This document shows, one piece after another, positions 21,923 through 34,246 of a stretch of DNA of 64,000 bases. Below the pieces are notes generated by a model that was not told where the DNA came from, did not search any database, and saw nothing but the letters and a program-made list of their open reading frames with translations. Location of the stretch: assembly GCA_010909165.1 (NCBI GenBank), contig MU008162.1, positions 1 to 64,000 on the forward strand, read 5' to 3'. The first letter of the stretch is position 1; every line of letters starts with the position of its first letter. The translations under genes were made by a program, and so were the position numbers. The stretch comes from Anthoceros angustus (Eukaryota; Plantae; Anthocerotophyta).

Positions 21923-23197
21923 ATGGAAGGCAACCATAGGGAAGATGTATTGGTGAGTGAAATTGATAACCAATCCGGCGGTGGAGTGGAGTGAGACTAT
22001 GAAGAAGCCACATATGAACAACCATGGAGTGCATCTTATGAAGAAACCACGGATGACCAACCATGGAGTGATGAACAACCATGGAGTGCAACCTATAAAG
22101 AAACGATAGATGACCAACCATGGAGTGATGAACAACCATGGGATGCAACTAATGAAGAAGCTACCCATGGAGAACCATGGCACGAAACTCGTGAAGAAGC
22201 CACCAATGGACAACCGTGGAGTGATGCGCAAGCCTCACGAAGACAATGGCATGGGAAGAAGCTTATGTGCAAGATGATGAAGACAACCGCACATGTAACT
22301 TATGAAGGTCGATGGCCATCGCATTCCACGTATCGTCTATGCAATCTTATTACGGAAATTTGCATGATGCAAAGGTTGAGGCATTAAGGATGGACAAGTG
22401 GCTCTAGCCTACATCCATGGCGACAAAGCGGAGTTCCCATATTTTGGAGAGTGGGAAAAATCCACTAATGAAATTTTGAAGGATCTAAAAAAGCGATCTT
22501 TCCTTCTTTGGGAAGTCTCGGTACCATAGAGATTTTAAAAGTGAAAACCTTTTATAACATAGCTGAAAACACTTGCTGCATACTTGTGATTGACCCACTT
22601 GCGGGAAAAATTGAAACAATTTGATGCAAGTGACATCGGTTCAGACGCATTGGCGAGCAATGGGCGCCATTCACTTACAAACAACCTTTCTAGCAGATGT
22701 TATGGATGAAGCACTACCTTTGGGAGCACTATTTGAAGAACACGATGAAGTGGAACCACAGGATCCTCCAGGAGTTATCGTCACAAACGTCCACTACAAT
22801 ACTAGTTATCCTTGGTTTGAAGTAACGCATCTTCACGAGCGAGGAAGACAATGCGAGGACAACTTGTCAAGTTGCATTTCGTTTGCTGGATGGCCAAAGA
22901 GTTCAACGTCGTTTTGTTGTCCGATCCTTCATCACATTTATGGTTGTTTTGTTTGAAGCAAGTGCAAATGAAGTGGTTGTTTCACAAATCCAATGAGGAG
23001 TTTTATTTTAGTACTCCAAGTAGAGATGGTGTTGCAAGCATCTATGCCTTAGATGCACTCTCCTCAAAACCATAGGAGAAGCCGTGTAGCAAATTGTGTG
23101 CTCACCATGAAATACAAAAAGGAACACCATCAATCAATTGCACTTATTTTGTGATATCTTTGTTAGAAGTAGGGGAATTAGTTTAACCTACCAGTGA
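21923..23197 (+). CDS. Unknown ~425-codon protein: acidic (E/D)QPW(S/D) repeat N-terminus plus ~300-aa globular region (consensus across copies; individual copies frameshifted)
   Basis: Joining frames across copies gives MEGNHREDVLVSEIDNQS..EWSETYEEATYEQPWSASYEETTDDQPWSDEQPWS...DAWEEAYVQDDEDNFAHVTYEGRWPSH..KWLLAYIHGDK.EFPYFGEWEKSTNEILKDL..HYNTSYPWFEVTHL..WMAKEFNVVLLSDPSSHLWLFCLK..RSRGISLTYQ*. Confidence 0.6.
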
Positions 23198-23350
23198 TTA
23201 CTTTTTAATATTTAGGTTAATCGTGACGGTCATTACAACAGCGTTACATGTATTTAAGATAATTTTGTCATCGATTTTAATTAATTTCATCTTGCTTTGT
23301 TGTGCAATTTTGCTTAGAGCTTCGCTCATAAATTAATATGGTATGAGAGC
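23161..23350 (+). mobile_element. LTR-like remnant (23161-23338) plus degenerate tRNA-iMet PBS (23339-23350), one per unit
   Basis: Starts TGTTAGAAG and ends CTTC(C)GCTCATAAATTAATA|TGGTATGAGAGC (canonical ..TAACA|TGGTATCAGAGC). Shares TTTAACCTACC..TTACTTT.TTAATA and CTTCCGC.CATAAA with the LTR at 14749-14877. Confidence 0.65.
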
Positions 23351-23429
23351 ACTAGGTGCTCAATGTATGGATGTTGTGGTAGCTTCATGATATTCTACTT
23401 GCATTTCAAACCTATAGCATCCTTGGACC

Positions 23430-23980
23430 ACATGGCCGCTAGCATTCCTCCGCTGATAATTCAAATGTGACTAGCTACCATTCGCGATGGCGCGGAGGAC
23501 AGGGTGCCGCGTTGATGTGAAATTTTGGTCCACCAGTGTTGTTGACCATCTTAGAACACAGGCGGAGCCTGATCAACTCCTACAAAAGCGGATGTTCAAG
23601 CAACAACTTGAACTAAGGAGCCGTAGGAGATCGTACCAATGCAAATCACAATCCCTGAATTGCTCTTGTTCTTCTCCCCGTGAATGTCCTTGCAATCATG
23701 GTATAGCAGCCCATGATCAGCAAGCTTGAGAGAATCAAAGATTGGAATCTAGCAATCTCGTCTTTGGACAACTCAATTCAGTCGAGGATTTGATGATGAG
23801 GGTCTCCAATCGTAGCGTAAAGAATTACCTAGAGCTCGCCAAGACTCCAAGAAATTCAAGCTACGATTGATGAATTGACGATTTCCTTTGAGCACTTCAC
23901 TTTGAAGCCTTGGACAACTTGCAGCAAAATCAGCAAGGGACCCAATCTCAACAATGTACTGCCCCATGCCCTCTCATAAT
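23430..23980 (+). pseudogene. Small unknown ORF (~170 codons in consensus) with C-terminal coiled coil, one per unit
   Basis: RVDVKFWSTSVVDHLRTQSELDQLLQKRMFKQQLELRS..MQITIPELLLFFSRERPCNHGIAAHDRKLERIKDWNLSSNLVFG..LQEIQATIDELTISFEHF..LDNLQQNQQGTQSQQC; best copies 36674-36931, 57612-57884, 61694-62017. Confidence 0.4.
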
Positions 23981-25914
23981 CAGGCATGCATGGGTGTAGC
24001 TTTGTAGAATCTTGCAAATTTGTGGCGCTTCCAACCGAGATTACAACAATTTTGTTGGACATTTGGCAATTGCAGCATATTCTCTGGCTGTGAAGAGGTG
24101 CCATGGGATCTTGTGGCGGTTGGTGAAAAGATGCCACCGGACGGTGCCCTAATTGTTATTTTCTAGGCACCTATTCACAACCCTTGAGTTATCCTTTCTT
24201 CATAACACTAAAAATAACAATGAAACGTTATTAGTTAATGTGGAAGGATGTTAGTTAGTGCCCTTCACATCACTATAGCTTTTGCAACTTCACCTATGGG
24301 CACATGGTACATTTCTAGTTTGGTCACATGCATCGCTATTAGTGGTCTTCGATGATATAGATGGGGATGAGGATCAAGGAATTTCTAAAATCCTCTCAAC
24401 TAACTTTCCAGCCTACATTCCCCGTTCCACATGGTTATTTCTAACATGACTACCCAAGCCGGATCCTATGGTGGGGCTTTACGGAAAAAGACATATTTGA
24501 TGGCAAATCACCGTGTATGAGAGTTGGAGGGCTAGAATGAAGGGTTTTCTAGATGCTACATATGCAGAATTTGTAGATGGTTCTATCCTCCACCGCCCAA
24601 GAGCTTTACCGGATGACATCGCCAAGTTTTACAAAGGCAATAAGATTGCATTTGCCATCCTACTCTTTGGTATGGATGAAGCCACGGTGGTGAGGTTGAG
24701 TTCCTTCATACAAAAAGGAAATGTATGGACATAGTTGAAAGAAACTTATCAAGTTCATAACATCCTCACACTAGTACCGGAAGCGAATACTAGTGAGAAT
24801 GAAGGAGGGACAACATTGCGCTCACATAAGCAAGTTTTGCTATCGAAGGCAAGGTTAGCCATGGTGGCAAGCAAGCTCGAAGACATTGATGTTGTTGCTT
24901 AGCTCCTCCGTAGTCTTCCACCTTTCTATCGGTGGTTCGTTTCCAATTAGAACTCTTCCTTGCGAGCATCTATTCCTGCAGATTAAATCGAGAAAAACAC
25001 ACTCGACCCTTAATGAGCTCATTGGAACCCTACTTCAAGAGGAGCATAGTACTCATTCTAGTGGCATCGGAAGGGTGCGCGAGAAGGTTCTCGTTGCATC
25101 AAAGAGAAAAGCGTTTGGATAGGGAAGAGAGAAGGGAAGAAGAAAAATCAAGAAGAAGAAGAAGAAGAAGAAAAATCAAAAAGCCACAAAAAGAGTTATG
25201 AAAGGGTGTTTGAAGCAAACTCGACCTTCCCAAGTCGAAATAATGTGGAGAGTGCGCAAAAAAGCAAAGCAGCGCTTCTGACCGCAATTGTCAATGTCTA
25301 GCAAATGAAGCTTCCGCGTGATAGTCAAGATTAATATTACCGTGACCATAAATTATAGATAGAACAAAGGGTCTCGTGCGTTAGAACTCACAAGATATGA
25401 AGGTACAAAAAAGGGACCGTCACGCTTACGGCCAACGCTGTACAAAACCTTAAAGATCTCATATTATTTCATATATAAAAACTACCAATTTATTTTACTA
25501 TCCAGTTGATTTTATTTTTCCAAAATGAACCCACATGATCCAGATTTTTTCCTTTTTTAGTGAGACTTGGAGTGACCATAAATATAGAGAATGCATACTA
25601 TATATGTGTGTTGAGAATATAAATAAAGGACATACTATATATGTGTGCTATACTAGGCTATATTTATGAATGCAAGTCGATATACATTGACGTTTAAGCT
25701 TGCAAGCGCAAGTTCCTTTGATGTCTTAAGACCATGTGCCAAAGCCATAGCAGTTGTATTAAGCAAACCACGCACGGCGCCACAAAGGCATAGATCGTCA
25801 AGCTCCTCTCTTGTAGTATCCAAGAGAAGCAAAGAGCGGACCTTGAGGAGGCTGCGCATGCTTACCTTCTTTTCATAATCTTATTTAGTGTTTACGGTCT
25901 ACCTTTGATTCAAG

Positions 25915-27172
25915 ATGGAAGGCAACCATAGGGAAGATGTATTGGTGAGTGAAATTGATAACCAATCCGTGGAGTGGAGTGGAGTGAGACTTATGAAGAA
26001 GCCACATATGAACAACCATGGAGTGCATCTTATGAAGAAACCACGGATGACCAACCATGGAGTGATGAACAACCATGGAGTGCAACCTATAAAGAAACCA
26101 TGATGACCAACCATGGAGTGATGAACAACCATGGGATGCAACTAATGAAGAAGCTACCCATGGAGAACCATGGCACACTCGTGAAGAAGCCACCAATGGA
26201 CAACCGTGGAGTGATGCGCAAGCCTCAAGACAATGACGCATGGGAAGAAGCTTATGTGCAAGATGATGAAGACAACTTCGCACATGTAACTTATGAAGGT
26301 CGATGGCCATCGCATTCCACGATCGTCTATGCAATCTTATTACGGAAATTTGCATGATGCAAAGGTTGAGGCATTAAGGATGGACAAGTGGCTCCTAGCC
26401 TACATCCATGGCGACAAAGCGGAGTTCCATATTTTGGAGAGTGGGAAAAATCCACTAATGAAATTTTGAAGGATCTCGTAAACGATCTTTCCTTCTTTGG
26501 GAAGTCTCAGGTACCATAGAGATTTTAAAAGTGAAAACCTTTTATAACATAGTGAAAACACTTGCTGCATACTTGTGATTGACCCACTTACGGGAAAAAT
26601 TGAAACAATTTGATGCAAGTGACATCGGACGCATTGAGCAATGGGCGCCATTCACTTACAAACAACCTTTCACAACAGATGTTATGGATGAAGCACTACC
26701 TTTGGGAGCACTATTTGAAGAACACGATGAAGTGGAACCACGATCCTCCAGGAGTTATCGTCCACGTCCACTACAATACTAGTTATCCTTGGTTTGAAGT
26801 AACGCATCTTCGACGAGCGAGGAAGACAATGCGACAGGACAACTTGTCAAGTTGCATTTCGTTCGGATGGCCAAAGAGTTCAACGTCGTTTTTGTTGTCC
26901 GATCCTTCATCACATTTATGGTTGTTTTGTTTGAAGCAAGTGCAAATGAAGTGGTTGTTTCACAAATCCAATGAGGAGTTTTATTTTAGTACTCCAAGTA
27001 GAGATGGTGTTGCAAGCATCTATGCCTTAGATGCACTCTCCTCAAAAACCATAGGAGAAGCCGGTGTAGCAAATTGTGTGCTCACCATGAAATACAAAAG
27101 GAACACCATCAATCAATTGCACTTATTTTGTGATATGCTTAGAAGTAGGGAATTAGTTTAACCTACCAGTGA
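25915..27172 (+). CDS. QPW-repeat gene, unit 2 copy (frameshifted)
   Basis: Homologous to 21923-23197. Confidence 0.6.
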
Positions 27173-30100
27173 TTACTTTTTAATATTTAGGTTAATCGTG
27201 AACGGTCATTACAACACCGCGTTACATGTATTTAAGATAATTTTGTCATCGATTTTAATTAATTTCATCTTGCTTTGTTGTGCAATTTTGCTTAGAGCTT
27301 CCGCTCATAAATTAATATGGTATGAGAGCACTAGGTGCTCAATGTATGGATGTTGTGGTAGCTTCATGATATTCTACTTGCATTTCAAACCTATAGCATC
27401 CTTGGACCACATGGCGCTAGAATGCATTCCTCACTGATAATTCAAATGTGACTAGCTACCATTTACTGCGATGGACGGAGGACAGTGCGTTGATGTGAAA
27501 TTTTGGTCCACCAGTGTTGTTGACCATCTTAGAACACAGTGAGCTTGATCAACTCCTACAAAGCGGATGTTCAAGCAACAACTTGAACTAAGGAGCCGTG
27601 GGAGATCGTACCAATGCAAATCACACAACGAATTGCTCTTGTTCTTCTCCCGTGACGCCCTTGCAATCATGGTATAGCAGCCCATGATCGCAAGCTTGAG
27701 AGAATCAAAGATTGGAATCTGTCAGCAATCTCGTCGGACAACTCAGTCAGTCGAGGATTTGATGATGAGGGTCTCCAATCGGTAGCAGAAAGAATTACCT
27801 AGGTCGTGGAAGACTCCAAGAAATTCAAGCTACGATTGATGAATTGACGATTTCCTTTGAGCACTTCATCAAGCCTTGGACAACTTGCAGCAAAATCGCA
27901 AGGGACCCAATCTCAACAATGTGACCTCATGCCCTCTCATAATCGTGCATGCATGGGTGTAGCTTTGTAGAATCTTCGATTTGTGGCGCTTCCAACCAGG
28001 ATTACAACAATTTTGTTGGACATTTGGCTGCAATTGCAGCATATTGTCTTGGTTGAAGAGGTGCCATGGGATCTTGTGGCGGTTGGTGAAAGATGCCACA
28101 CGGTGCCCTAATTGTTATTTTCTAAGCACCTATTCACAACCCTTGAGTTCTCCTTTCTTTAGAAACCCTAAAAATAACAATGAAACGTTATTAGTTAATG
28201 TGGAAGGATGTTAGTTAGTGCCCTTCACATCACTATAGCTTTTGCAACTTCACCTCTAGGCACATGGGATCTTGTGGCGGTTGGTGAAAGATGCCACCGG
28301 TGCCCTAATTGTTATTTTCTATCGCACCTATTCACAACCCTTGAGTTATCCTTTCTTTAGAAACCCTAAAAATAACAATGAAACGTTATTAGTTAATGTG
28401 GAAGGATGTTAGTTAGTGCCCTTCACATCACTATAGCTTTTGCAACTTCACCTCTAGGCACATGGGATCTTGTGGCGGTTGGTGAAAGATGCCACCGGAC
28501 GGTGCCCTAATTGTTATTTTCTAACCGGCACCTATTCACAACCCTTGAGTTATCCTTTCTTCATAACACTAAAAATAACAATGAAACGTTATTAGTTAAT
28601 GTGGAAGGATGTTAGTTAGTGCCCTTCACATCACTATAGCTTTTGCAACTTCACCTATGGGCACATGGTTTCTAGTTTGGTCACATGCATCGCTATTAGT
28701 GGCCTCTTCCGATGATATAGATGGGGATGAGGATACGGCGAATTTCTAAAATCCTCTCAACTAACTTTCCAGCCTACATTCCCCGCCGTGGTTATTTTCT
28801 AACATGACTACCCAAGCGGATCCTATGGTGGGGCTTTACGGAAAAAGACATATTTGATGGCAAATCACCTGTATGAGAGTTGGAGGGCTAGAATGAAGGG
28901 TTTTCTAGATGCTACACATGTCCGGAATTTGTAGATGGTTCTATCCTCCACCGCCCAAGAGCTTTACCGGATGACATCGCCAAGTTTTACAAAGGCAATA
29001 AGATTGCATTTGCCATCCTACTCTTTGGTATGGATGAAGCCACGGTGACTGAGGTTGAGTTCCTTCATACAGCAGCAAATGTCTGGACATAGTTGAAAGA
29101 AACTTATCAAGTTCATAACATCCTCACACTAGTTGCTACTGGAAACGAATACTAGGGGCTGAGAATGAAGGGAGGGGACAACATTGCAGCTCACATAAGC
29201 AAGTTTTGCTATCTGAAGGCAAGGTTAGCCATGGTGGCAAGCAAGCTCGAAGACATTGATGTTGTTGCTTAGCTCCTCCGTAGTCTTCCACCTTTCTATC
29301 GAGTTCGTTTCCAATTAGAACTCTTCCTTGCGAGCATCTTCGCATTAAATCGAGAAAAACACCAACTCGACCCTTAATGAGCTCATTGGAACCCTACTTC
29401 AAGAGGAGCATAGTACTCATTCTAGTGGCATCGGAAGGGTGTGCACCGAGAAGGTTCTCGTTGCATCAAAGGGAAAAGCGTTTGGATAGGGAAGAGAGAA
29501 GGGAAGAAGAAGAAAAATCAAGAAGAAGAAGAAGAAGAAAAATCAAAAGCCACAAAAGAGTTATGAAAGGGTGTTTGAAGCAAACTCGACCTTCCCAAGT
29601 CGAAATAATGTGGAGAGTGCGCAAAAGCAAAGCAGCTTGACCGCAATTGTCAATGTCTAGCAAATGAAGCTTCCGTGATAGTCAAGCTTAATATTACCGT
29701 GACCATAAATTATAGATAGAACAAAGGGTCTCGCGTTAGAACTCACAAGATAGGAAGGTACAAAAAGGGACCGCCACGCTTACGGCCAATCGTAAAAACC
29801 TTAAAGATCTCATATTATTTCATATATAAAACTACCAATTTATTTTACTATCCAGTTGATTTTATTTTTCCAAAATGAACCCACATGATCCAGATTTTTC
29901 CTTTTTAGTGAGACTTGGAGTGACCATAAATATAGAGAATGCATACTATATATGTGTGTTGAGAATATAAATAAAGGACATACTATATATGTGTGCTATA
30001 CTAGGCTATATTTATGAATGCAAGTCGATATACATTGACGCTTTAAGCTTGCAAGCGCACAAGTTCCTTTGATGTCTTAAGACCATGTGCCAAAGCCATA

Positions 30101-30260
30101 GCTTGTATTAAGCAAAACCTGCACCACAAAGGCATAGATCGTCAAGCTCCTCTCTTGTAGTATCCAAGAGAAGCAAAGAGCAAAGACCTTGAGGAGGCTG
30201 CGCATGCTTACCTTCTTTTCATAATCTTATTTAGTGTTTACGGTCTACCTTTGATTCAAG

Positions 30261-31539
30261 ATGGAAGGCAACCATAGGGAAGATGTATTGGTGAGTGAAA
30301 TTGATAACCAATCCGGCAGTGGAGTGGAGTGAGACTTATGAAGAAGCCACATATGAACAACCATGGAGTGCATCTTATGAAGAAACCACGGATGACCAAC
30401 CATGGAGTGATGAACAACCATGGAGTGCAACCTATAAAGAAACCACGGATGACCAACCATGGAGTGATGAACAACCATGGGATGCAACTAATGAAGAAGC
30501 TACCCATGGAGAACCATGGCACGAAACTCGTGAAGAAGCCACCAATGGACAACCGTGGAGTGATGCGCAAGCCTCAAGACAATGACGCATGGGAAGAAGC
30601 TTATGTGCAAGATGATGAAGACAACCGCATGTAACTTATGAAGGTCGATGGCCATCGCATTCCACGTATCGTCTATGCAATCTTATTACGGAAATTTGCA
30701 TGATGCAAAGGTTGAGGCATTAAGGATGGACAAGTGGCTCCTAGCCTACATCCATGGCGACAAACGGAGTTCCCATATTTTGGAGAGTGGGAAAAATCCA
30801 CTAATGAAATTTTGAAGGATCTCGAAACGATCTTTCCTTCTTTGGGAAGTCTCACCGGTACCATAGAGATTTTAAAAGTGAAAACCTTTTATAACATAGC
30901 TGAAAACACTTGCTGCATACTTGTGATTGACCCACTTCGGGAAAAATTGAAACAATTTGATGCAAGTGACATCGGTTGACGCATTGAGCAATGGCGCCAT
31001 TCACTTACAAACAACCTTTCACAACAGATGTTATGGATGAAGCACTACCTTTGGGAGCACTATTTGAAGAACACGATGAAGTGGAACCCTGGGATCCTCC
31101 AGCCGGAGTTATCGTCACAAACGCCCACTACAATACTAGTTATCCTTGGTTTGAAGTAACGCATCTTCCTGACGAGCCAGAGGAAGACAATGCGACAGGG
31201 ACAACTTGTCAAGTTGCATTTCGTTTACTGGATGGCCAAAGAGTTCAACGTCGTTTTTTGTTGTCCGATCCTTCATCACATTTATGGTTGTTTTGTTTGA
31301 AGCAAGTGCAAATGAAGTGGTTGTTTCACAAATCCAATGAGGAGTTTTATTTTAGTACTCCAAGTAGAGATGGTGTTGCAAGCATCTATGCCTTAGATGC
31401 ACTCTCCTCAAAACCATAGGAGAAGCTGTAGCAAATTGTGTGCTCACCATGAAATACAAAAAGGAACACCATCAATCAATTGCACTTATTTTGTGATATC
31501 TTTGTTAGAAGTAGGGGAATTAGTTTAACCTACCAGTGA
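30261..31539 (+). CDS. QPW-repeat gene, unit 3 copy (frameshifted)
   Basis: Homologous to 21923-23197. Confidence 0.6.
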
Positions 31540-34246
31540 TTACTTTTTAATATTTAGGTTAATCGTGAGCGGTCATTACAACACCGCGTTACATGTATTT
31601 AAGATAATTTTGTCATCGATTTTAATTAATTTCATCTTGCTTTGTTGTGCAATTTTGCTTAGAGCTTCCGCTCATAAATTAATATGGTATGAGAGCACTA
31701 GGTGCTCAATGTATGGATGTTGTGGTAGCTTCATGATATTCTACTTGCATTTCAAACCTATAGCATCCTTGGACCACATGGCCGCTAGGCTGCATTCCTC
31801 CGCTGATAATTCAAATGTGACTAGCTACCATTTCGCGATGGCGGAGGGAGTGCCAGCGTTGATGTGAAATTTTGGTCCACCAGTGTTGTTGACCATCTTA
31901 GAACACAAAGTGAGCTTGATCAACTCCTACAAAGCGGATGTTCAAGCAACAACTTGAACTAAGGAGCCGTGGGAGATCGTACCAATGCAAATCACAATCC
32001 CCGAATTGCTCTTGTTCTTCTCCCGTGAACGTCCTTGCAATCATGGTATAGCAGCCCATGATCGGCTTGAGAGAATCAAAGATTGGAATCTGTCTAGCAA
32101 TCTCGTCTTTCTGACTGTCAGTCGAGGATTTGCTGATGAGGGTCTCCAATCGGTAGCAGAAAGAATTACCTAGAGTCGTCGGAAGACTCCAAGAAATTCA
32201 AGCTACGATTGATGAATTGACGATTTCCTTTGAGCACTTCATCAAGCCTTGGACAACTTGCAGCAAAATCAGCAAGGGACCCAATCTCAACAATGTATGC
32301 TTGACCTCATGCCCTCTCATAATCAGGCATGCATGGGTGTAGCTTTGTAGAATCTTGCAAATTTGTGGCGCTTCAACCGGATTACAACAATTTTGTTGGA
32401 CATTTGGCTGCAATTGCAGCATATTGCTGCTTGGCGTGAAGAGGTGCCATGGGATCTTGTGGCGGTTGGTGAAAGATGCCACAGGCCGGTGCCCTAATTG
32501 TTATTTTCTAGGCACCTATTCACAACCCTTGAGTTCTCCTTTCTTCATAACACTAAAAATAACAATGAAACGTTATTAGTTAATGTGGAAGGATGTTAGT
32601 TAGTGCCCTTCACATCACTATAGCTTTTGCAACTTCACCCTATGGGCACATGGGTGTTTCTAGTTTGGTCACATGCATCGCTATTAGTGGCAGTCTTCCG
32701 TGATATAGATGGGGATGAGGATCTGGCGAATTTCTAAAATCCCTCTCAACTAACTTTCCAGCCTACATTCCCCAGTTCCGTGGTTATTTCTAACATGACT
32801 ACCCAAGCCGGATCCTATGGTGGGGGCTTTACGGAAAAAGACATATTTGATGGCAAATCGGCCGGTATGAGAGTTGGAGGCTAGAATGAAGGGTTTTCTA
32901 GATGCTACACATGTCCGGGAATTTGTAGATGGTTCTATCCTCCACCGCCCAAGAGCTTTCTGGATGACATCGCTAAGTTTTACAAAGGCAATAAGATTGC
33001 ATTTGCCATCCTACTCTTTGGTATGGATGAAGCCACGGTGGTGAGGTTGAGTTCCTTCATACAAGAAATGTATGGACATAGTTGAAAGAAACTTATCAAG
33101 TTCATAACATCCTCACACTAGTTGCTACCGGAAACGAATACTAGGGGAGAATGAAGGAGGGACAACATTGCAGCTCACATAAGCAAGTTTTGCTATCTGA
33201 AGGCAAGGTTAACCATGGTGGCAAGCAAGCTCGAAGACATTGATGTTGTTGCTTAGCTCCTCTGTAGTCTTCCACCTTTCTATCGAGTTCGTTTCCAATT
33301 AGAACTCTTCCTTGCGAGCATCTATTCTGCGATTCGTCGAGAAAAACACCAACTCGACCCTTAATGAGCTCATTGGAACCCTACTTCAAGAGGAGCATAG
33401 TACTCATTCTAGTGGCATCGGAAGGGTGCCGAGAAGGTTCTCGTTGCATCAAAGGGAAAAGCGTTTGGATAGGGAAGAGAGAAGGGAAGAAGAAAAATCA
33501 AGAAGAAGAAGAAGAAGAAGAAAAATCAAAAGCCACAAAAGAGTTATGAAAGGGTGTTTGAAGCAAACTCGACCTTCCCAAGTCGAAATAATGTGGAGTC
33601 GCAAAAGCAAAGCGGCGCTTGACCGCAATTGTCAATGTCTAGCAAATGAAGCTTGCGTGATAGTCAAGCTTAATATTACGTGACCATAAATTATAGATAG
33701 AACAAAGGGTCTCGTGCGTTAGAACTCACAAGATAGGAAGGTACAAAAAGGGACCGTCACGCTTACAACATACAAAACCTTAAAGATCTCATATTATTTC
33801 ATATATAAAACTACCAATTTATTTTACTATCCAGTTGATTTTATTTTTCCAAAATGAACCCACATGATCCAGTTTTTCCTTTTTAGTGAGACTTGGAGTG
33901 ACCATAAATATAGAGAATGCATACTATATATGTGTGTTGAGAATATAAATAAAGGACATACTATATATGTGTGCTATACTAGGCTATATTTATGAATGCA
34001 AGTCGATATACATTGACATTTTAAGCTTGCAAGCGCACAAGTTCCTTTTGATGTCTTAAGACCATGAGCCAAAGCCATAGCAGTTGTATTAAGCAAACCC
34101 TGCACGGCGCGACAAAGGCATAGATCGTCAAGCTCCCTCTCTTGTAGTATCCAAGAGAAGCAAAGAGCAGCACCTTGAGGAGGCTGCGCATGCTTACCTT
34201 CTTTTCATAATCTTATTTAGTGTTTACGGTCTACCTTTGATTCAAG

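Noticed and set aside
21893-22231. Antisense and alternative-frame ORFs over the QPW repeat (PWLFIT, HSMVVH, MNNHGV)
   Set aside because: Repeat periods are multiples of 3 around palindromic CCATGG, so several frames stay open. The acidic frame is preferred because it matches the flanking acidic sequence, but this is unproven.
23487-23729. MADS-box-like look of RVDVKF...KRMFKQQLEL...ELLLFFS
   Set aside because: Spacing and the core RQVTFSKRR motif do not match, and the frame between the motifs is uncertain.
24230-24330. Helitron 3' end (hairpin plus CTAG) as origin of the tandem array
   Set aside because: The hairpin is AT-rich and too far from the CTAG, no CTRR-TC head-to-tail junction was found in the unit, and no Rep/helicase is present.
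27198-27437. Hydrophobic ORF (FKIILSSILINFILLCCAILL) open in most units
   Set aside because: Lies over the T-rich LTR-like remnant and PBS with a non-ATG start; openness is explained by low CG content and unit identity.
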